A stretch of 64,000 bases of DNA from Bacteroidales bacterium (GTDB taxonomy: Bacteria; Bacteroidota; Bacteroidia; Bacteroidales; UBA3824), in NCBI GenBank assembly GCA_024413595.1, contig JAKSUC010000004.1, positions 10,555 to 74,554 of the forward strand, written 5' to 3'. The position numbers and the translations under genes were made by a program. The notes below the pieces were generated by a model that saw only the letters and a list, made by a program, of their open reading frames with translations, did no database searches and was not told the DNA's origin. Numbering within the stretch: position 1 is the stretch's first letter; each line of letters opens with the position of its first letter. This document shows positions 58,943 through 64,000 of this stretch, in pieces.

Positions 58943-59473
58943 TTAAATTAAATCTTTTATTTTTAGATATTCGCTTTCAAAATTAGGCGTAAATATTTGT
59001 TTTCCAATATTTTGTTCAATTTCATTTTTTGTCCAAAATTTTCCATCATCAATTTCATCAACAGAAATTATTTCAGGATTTTCGTATTTGCATTTATAAA
59101 CGTTTATAATTTCGTTTTCAATTTTACCTTCCCACAGATATTTTGTTATTTTTTCAAATTTACCATTTTTAATGCCAGCTTCTTCCCATGCTTCGCGGAT
59201 AAGTGCTTCATTTTCTGTTTCTCCGTAAGTTATATGACCTCCAACAGATGTGTCCCATTTTCCTGGTTGTATTTTTTTGTTTAATGAACGTTTTTGTAAA
59301 TATATTTCTCCTTTATTGTTATATATATGTACATGAATAACTGGGTGAATTAAATTTTTATTTTTATGACATTCACTTCTTAATGCTTTTCCAATAATGT
59401 TTCCTTCTTTATCTGTTATTGGAAGCATTTCTTCTTGATCTGCTGTAAGATGTATTTTTTTTTCGTTTTTCAT
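58943..59473 (-). CDS. NUDIX hydrolase
   Basis: Nudix box GGHITYGETENEALIREAWEEAGI (GX5EX7REUXEEXGU). Confidence 0.9.
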   Translation of the reverse strand: MKNEKKIHLTADQEEMLPITDKEGNIIGKALRSECHKNKNLIHPVIHVHIYNNKGEIYLQKRSLNKKIQPGKWDTSVGGHITYGETENEALIREAWEEAGIKNGKFEKITKYLWEGKIENEIINVYKCKYENPEIISVDEIDDGKFWTKNEIEQNIGKQIFTPNFESEYLKIKDLI

Positions 59474-59599
59474 TTACGATTTTACTTTTATGCAAATTTA
59501 TAAATATATCACAAATTTATTGATTTTTATTGTAAAAATCACTGCTATTTTTTAATATTGTGTAAATATTATATTTTATAAACTATAAATTTTATAAAA

Positions 59600-60073
59600 A
59601 TGATTGATGAAAAAAATATTGAATTAAATTCTCACAATAAAGATGAATATCCTCCAATGCACACTGCAGAACATATTTTAAATCAAACTATGGTTCGTAT
59701 GTTTGGGTGTGAACGTTCAAATAATGCTCATATTGAACGTAAAAAAAGTAAAATTAATTATAATTTATCATCAGAACCTACTCAAAACCAAATAATTGAA
59801 ATAGAAAACAAAGTAAATGAAATTATATCACAAGATTTACCAGTTTCGTATCAATTTGTAACTCGTGATAATATTCCATCGCAAGTTTCTCTATCAAAAT
59901 TGCCTAAAGATGCAAGCGAAACTTTGCGAATTGTAAAAATTGGTGATTACGACATTTGCGCATGTATTGGAACTCATGTAGAACATACTTTTCAAATTGG
60001 AAAATTTCATATCAATAGCACTTCTTATAAAGATGGTGTTTTTAGAATAGTTTTTAAGTTGATTGAGATTTGA
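59600..60073 (+). CDS. Stand-alone alanyl-tRNA editing domain protein (AlaX-S type, tRNA_SAD)
   Basis: 157 aa. HTAEHIL (HxxxH) and CACIGTHV (CxxxH) zinc motifs. Confidence 0.8.
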   Translation: MIDEKNIELNSHNKDEYPPMHTAEHILNQTMVRMFGCERSNNAHIERKKSKINYNLSSEPTQNQIIEIENKVNEIISQDLPVSYQFVTRDNIPSQVSLSKLPKDASETLRIVKIGDYDICACIGTHVEHTFQIGKFHINSTSYKDGVFRIVFKLIEI

Positions 60074-60192
60074 ATTTTGTACATTTTTGTTAGTATTTTA
60101 ATTTTTTTTGAATATTTTTGAAAATCAATGCGTTTTATTTTAGATTTCCAACCTAAATTTATAATTTTGCGACATAAACTTAAGTAATAATA

Positions 60193-61536
60193 ATGGATTT
60201 GACAGAATTAACAGCTATATCGCCCGTAGACGGCAGATACAGAAGCAAAACTGACGAATTAGCCGAATATTTTTCAGAATATGGGTTAATTAGATACAGA
60301 GTTATGGTTGAGGTAGAATATTTTATCGCTCTTTGCGAACTTCCTATTCCTCAACTAAAAGATTTTGATAAAACTCTATTCAAGCCATTGCGTGCTACTT
60401 ATCGTAAATTTGAAACTAAAGACGCTTTACGTATCAAAGAGATTGAAAAAACTACCAATCACGATGTTAAAGCAGTGGAATATTTTTTACGTGAAGTATT
60501 TGATCAATTAAATATTCCGCAATATAAGTCTTTTATTCACTTTGGATTAACTTCTCAAGACATTAATAATACTGCTGTTCCGTATTCTCTTCAAGCTGCT
60601 GTTACTAATGTTTATTATCCTTTGCTTGATCAAGTTATTCTTCAACTTTATCATCGTTCTGGTGAATGGGCTGATGTTGCTATGTTGGCGCGTACTCATG
60701 GTCAGCCTGCTAGTCCTACTCGTTTAGGTAAAGAAATTGAAGTTTATGTTGAACGTCTTCAAACTCAAATGGGCTTGTTAAAATTAGTTCCTTTTTCTGC
60801 TAAATTTGGTGGTGCTACTGGTAATTTTAATGCTCATAATGTAGCTTATCCTGATATTAATTGGACTGTTTTTGCCAATTCTTTTGTTAATCATGTTTTA
60901 GGTTTGGAGCGTTCTCAAGTTACTACACAAATTGAGCATTATGATAATTTTGCTGCTTTTTGTGATGGTATGAAACGTATTAATACTATTTTGATTGACC
61001 TTTGTAGAGATATTTGGATGTACATTTCGCTTAATTATTTTAAACAAAAACTTAAAGCTGGTGAAGTTGGTTCATCTGCTATGCCTCACAAAGTTAATCC
61101 TATTGATTTTGAAAATGCTGAAGGTAATTTAGGTATGGCTAATGCTATTTTTACTCATTTAGCTCAAAAATTACCTATTTCGCGTCTTCAACGTGATTTG
61201 ACTGATAGTACTGTTATTCGCAATATTGGTGTGCCAATTGCTCATACTATTGTTGCTATGAAGTCGCTTTTAAAAGGTTTAGATAAATTAATTCTTCACA
61301 AAGAGTCGATTGATGAAGATCTTGAAAACAATTGGGCTGTTTGCGCTGAAGCTATTCAAACAATTTTACGTCGTGAGTCGGTGCCTAATGCTTACGAAAA
61401 ACTTAAGGAATTAACTCGTGTTAATCGTAAAATTACTAAAGAAGATATTCAAAATTTTGTTCAATCTCTTGATGTTAACGATACTGTTAAAGAAGAACTT
61501 ATGAGAATTTCTCCTTTCAATTATACTGGTATTTAA
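60193..61536 (+). CDS. purB: Adenylosuccinate lyase
   Basis: GSSAMPHKVNP signature, TSQDINNTA, 447 aa long form. Confidence 0.95.
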   Translation: MDLTELTAISPVDGRYRSKTDELAEYFSEYGLIRYRVMVEVEYFIALCELPIPQLKDFDKTLFKPLRATYRKFETKDALRIKEIEKTTNHDVKAVEYFLREVFDQLNIPQYKSFIHFGLTSQDINNTAVPYSLQAAVTNVYYPLLDQVILQLYHRSGEWADVAMLARTHGQPASPTRLGKEIEVYVERLQTQMGLLKLVPFSAKFGGATGNFNAHNVAYPDINWTVFANSFVNHVLGLERSQVTTQIEHYDNFAAFCDGMKRINTILIDLCRDIWMYISLNYFKQKLKAGEVGSSAMPHKVNPIDFENAEGNLGMANAIFTHLAQKLPISRLQRDLTDSTVIRNIGVPIAHTIVAMKSLLKGLDKLILHKESIDEDLENNWAVCAEAIQTILRRESVPNAYEKLKELTRVNRKITKEDIQNFVQSLDVNDTVKEELMRISPFNYTGI

Positions 61537-61557
61537 TATTTTTATAAAAAAATATTT

Positions 61558-61587
61558 AAGGCGGATTTATTTGTCCGCCTTTTTTGT
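61558..61587 (+). terminator. Rho-independent terminator after purB
   Basis: AAGGCGGA...TCCGCCTT followed by T6. Confidence 0.8.
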
Positions 61588-61600
61588 TTAATTTCGCTTC

Positions 61601-62728
61601 ATGGATAATTTTGACGAATATATTAAACAAAGTGAACCTCATAAACGAGAAAAAGGTACTATTTGGCAAACTGCTATTGGTTTACAAGCTGTTGATGGTT
61701 TAAAACCTTCTCAATATCTTATTGATACTGCTCGTCAAAATATTGAAGGTGATATTACTTTTGATGAAGTAAAATCTCTGATTGATACTTATTATACTTC
61801 AAAAACTGACCGTAACGTCGATACTGATAGAACTGAAGAAGCTGACAAAGTTTCGGCTCGTATTGCTGAATTACTATCAGAAAAAACTTTTTCTCTTTCG
61901 CCTGCTGATTTTCTCTTTATTCATAAACGTCTTTTTGATGGTCTTTATCAATATGCTGGTAGAATTAGAACTTATAATATTACTAAAAAAGAATGGGTTT
62001 TAAGAGGTGCTACTGTGCTTTATGCTAGTGCAGATACTATTTGTGAAAATATTCATGATATTTTTTTGAATGAAAAAAATTTTGATTATTCTAATTTGTC
62101 TATTTCTCAAATAATTAATCATTTATCAAAATTTATTTCTTCAATTTGGCAAATTCATCCATTTGGTGAAGGTAATACAAGAACTACGGCTGTTTTTACT
62201 ATAAAATATTTAAGAAAATTAGGTTTTGATGTTTCTAACAATATGTTTGCTGACAATTCATGGTATTTTCGTAATGCTTTGGTTCGTGCAAATTATAGTA
62301 ATATTAAAAACAATATTGTTGAAACTATTGAACCTTTAGAAAAGTTTTTCAGAAATTTATTATTAAATGAAAATAATTTATTGAAAAACAGATATTTAAT
62401 AATAGGAGAGGACTTAGCATCGCAACTTGTAGGGCATTCACCCGACAAGTTACCCGACAAGTCACCCGACAAGTTACCCGACAAGTTAAAAGATGAAATT
62501 CCATTTTTTGTTGAAAAACTTGTTAAATCTATTCAACTTAATTGTTTGTCTGTTAAGGAGATGTTGACTTTGTTAAATTTGCGTGATCGTGAAAATTTTT
62601 TGAATTTATATTTAAATCCTGCTATCAAAGGTGGATTTGTGGTTGCTTTATTTCCAGACAAGCCTCGTCATCCACGTCAAAAATATTTTTTAACTGATAA
62701 AGGTAAATCTTTACTAAATAGTTTATAA
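61601..62728 (+). CDS. Fic/DOC family protein with N-terminal VbhA-like helix region and C-terminal winged-helix-like domain
   Basis: Fic motif HPFGEGNTRTTA (canonical HxFx[DE]GNGRxxR, with Gly replaced by Thr). (S/L)PDK x4 linker. 375 aa. Confidence 0.85.
   Translation: MDNFDEYIKQSEPHKREKGTIWQTAIGLQAVDGLKPSQYLIDTARQNIEGDITFDEVKSLIDTYYTSKTDRNVDTDRTEEADKVSARIAELLSEKTFSLSPADFLFIHKRLFDGLYQYAGRIRTYNITKKEWVLRGATVLYASADTICENIHDIFLNEKNFDYSNLSISQIINHLSKFISSIWQIHPFGEGNTRTTAVFTIKYLRKLGFDVSNNMFADNSWYFRNALVRANYSNIKNNIVETIEPLEKFFRNLLLNENNLLKNRYLIIGEDLASQLVGHSPDKLPDKSPDKLPDKLKDEIPFFVEKLVKSIQLNCLSVKEMLTLLNLRDRENFLNLYLNPAIKGGFVVALFPDKPRHPRQKYFLTDKGKSLLNSL
62439..62486 (+). repeat. In-frame 12-nt x4 tandem repeat (C/T)ACCCGACAAGT inside the Fic gene
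   Basis: Units at 62439-62450, 62451-62462, 62463-62474 and 62475-62486. They encode SPDKLPDKSPDKLPDKL and are markedly more GC-rich than the surrounding sequence. Confidence 0.95.
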
Positions 62729-63381
62729 TGAAAAAGTTAGCTTTATTATTTATATTACTTTTTGTTTGTTATTTTGGATATTCTCAAAGTATTAAAATTG
62801 CACTTTTAAAATATTCAGGTGGGGGCGATTGGTATGCAAATCCAACTTCTTTGCCTAATCTGGTAGATTTTTGTAATAAAAATCTAAAAACAAATATTTC
62901 TAAAGATATTCCAAATATAGAACCTTCAAGTGCTGAGATTTTTAATTATCCATATATACATGCAACAGGTCATGGAAATGTTGAATTTTCTAATTCTGAT
63001 ATTGAAAATTTACGTCTATATTTAATGTCTGGAGGTTTTTTGCATTTTGATGACAATTATGGAACACGCGAATTTGTTTTTCGTGAAATGAAACGTGTTT
63101 TTCCTGAAAATGAAATTGTTGAAATTCCAAACAATTATCCTATTTTTTTTCAGAAATATAATTTCCCAAAAGGATTACCAAAAATTCATGAACATGATGA
63201 TCATGCTCCAATTGCTTTTGGCATTTTTGTAGAAAATCGTTTAGTTTTTCTTTATACTTGGGAATGTGATCTTGGTGATGGTTGGGAAGATATTGATGTT
63301 CATAATGATACACAAGAAAAACATATTCAAGCGTTGCAAATGGGAGCAAATATTATACAATATGTTTTTAATCACAATTAA
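62728..63381 (+). CDS. DUF4159 domain-containing exported protein
   Basis: Signal peptide. LLKYSGGGDWYANPTSLPNL, GGFLHFDDNYG and KIHEHDD...CDLGDGWED match my recollection of DUF4159. TAATG overlap with the Fic stop. Confidence 0.7.
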   Translation: MKKLALLFILLFVCYFGYSQSIKIALLKYSGGGDWYANPTSLPNLVDFCNKNLKTNISKDIPNIEPSSAEIFNYPYIHATGHGNVEFSNSDIENLRLYLMSGGFLHFDDNYGTREFVFREMKRVFPENEIVEIPNNYPIFFQKYNFPKGLPKIHEHDDHAPIAFGIFVENRLVFLYTWECDLGDGWEDIDVHNDTQEKHIQALQMGANIIQYVFNHN

Positions 63382-63965
63382 TAAGCTACAAAACCAAATT
63401 TTTTTACATAACTAGGCATTTCAGCATTTGCTCTTGCAATAATTCCTTTTGCTGTATAGTTTGGATGAGTTGCTATTACATTTAATAACCATAATTCAAA
63501 TACAAAACTTGTCATAAAGTCTACATCTTTGGTGTAACCTGTTATCATTCTTGCATTTGTATGTTCTTTAAATTCTTTTATTTCTTCGGCTTTCATTCTT
63601 AACGAACTGCAACTTCCAAAATGAACATTTCTATTTTCAAATAAATTTAGATTTTTATTGGCAAAAGTTTTTAAATTTAAGTTTACTCCATTTGCAAATT
63701 CAATAACACTTTTTGCTCCATGGAAACATAAATAAATCATATCATAAGCTTTATATGAATTAAAGCGTAAATGATTAATATAATATTCAAAATCTTGAGA
63801 TGTAGCCACTTGTCGAAATGCGTATGGAATTTCTAAAGTATTTTCTAAAAATTCTAATAACGATTTTGCTGCTGACTTTTTCTTTAAATCTTGTATTGAT
63901 TTATCCCATTCTGTTTCAAGACAAAAAATCTTATTCATAAACCATTTTTTTATAATACTTTGCAA
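63378..63965 (-). CDS. Hypothetical protein with putative His/Cys dyad (clan-CD/caspase-like?)
   Basis: 195 aa (alternative start at MNKIFCLETEW, nt 63938). MIYLCFHGAKS and NVHFGSCSSL resemble HG and xC catalytic blocks. Its stop overlaps the convergent DUF4159 stop (TTAA). Confidence 0.45.
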   Translation of the reverse strand: MQSIIKKWFMNKIFCLETEWDKSIQDLKKKSAAKSLLEFLENTLEIPYAFRQVATSQDFEYYINHLRFNSYKAYDMIYLCFHGAKSVIEFANGVNLNLKTFANKNLNLFENRNVHFGSCSSLRMKAEEIKEFKEHTNARMITGYTKDVDFMTSFVFELWLLNVIATHPNYTAKGIIARANAEMPSYVKKFGFVAY

Positions 63966-64000
63966 ATGTAATAATTTATTTATTATGTATTATAATTGTT

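Noticed and set aside
1-64000. Search by eye for CRISPR arrays, IS elements/transposases, integrases, prophage genes and rRNA
   Set aside because: No regularly spaced direct repeats, no DDE or tyrosine-recombinase motifs, and no rRNA-like GC-rich conserved blocks were seen. The only sizeable repeat is the 2116-nt-period gene duplication at the left end.

Overview
Strongly AT-rich chromosomal window, judged by eye and not computed. It looks Bacteroidota-like: there are many lipoprotein signal peptides with a lipobox Cys, TAnnTTTG -7 boxes, a long-form SecA, DUF4159/DUF4783-type genes and a Wza/Wzc pair. About 50 tightly packed CDSs, many with overlapping stop/start codons. No rRNA, tRNA, CRISPR array, transposase or integrase was recognised.

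Confident housekeeping calls: lepB, folC, recR, dnaA (with a repeat-bearing AT-rich upstream spacer), xseA, secA, nadC, panB, purB, a four-gene RND efflux operon, a PTA/PTB acyltransferase, an S8 peptidase, a sodium:solute symporter, a BASS transporter, an SDR, FKBP isomerases, an AlaX-type editing domain and a Fic protein.

Regions worth a second look:
1. nt 1-7645: a tandemly duplicated propeller-like lipoprotein plus CxxC lipoprotein cassette with mosaic identity. It flanks a small secreted two-Cys peptide gene that sits behind a T16 tract. The cassette runs without gaps into a transglutaminase/discoidin lipoprotein, a signal peptidase I and an O-antigen-ligase/TPR protein.
2. nt 27649-30456: an extreme Tyr/Trp/His plus Ser/His-repeat lipoprotein next to a FadL/PorV-like barrel.
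3. nt 55505-57950: an orphan pair resembling the SWIM/DUF5691 part of the uncharacterised MoxR-VWA gene cluster.
4. nt 57951-59473: a BioB-like radical SAM protein lacking one auxiliary-cluster Cys, paired with a NUDIX hydrolase.
5. Three large modular sensors. Two have PP2C/SpoIIE outputs with no partner-switching genes nearby, and one has no output domain.
6. nt 61601-63965: a Fic gene with an in-frame 12-nt x4 repeat, translationally coupled to DUF4159, next to a small His/Cys-dyad protein.

All family assignments come from motif recognition by eye. No database search was run.
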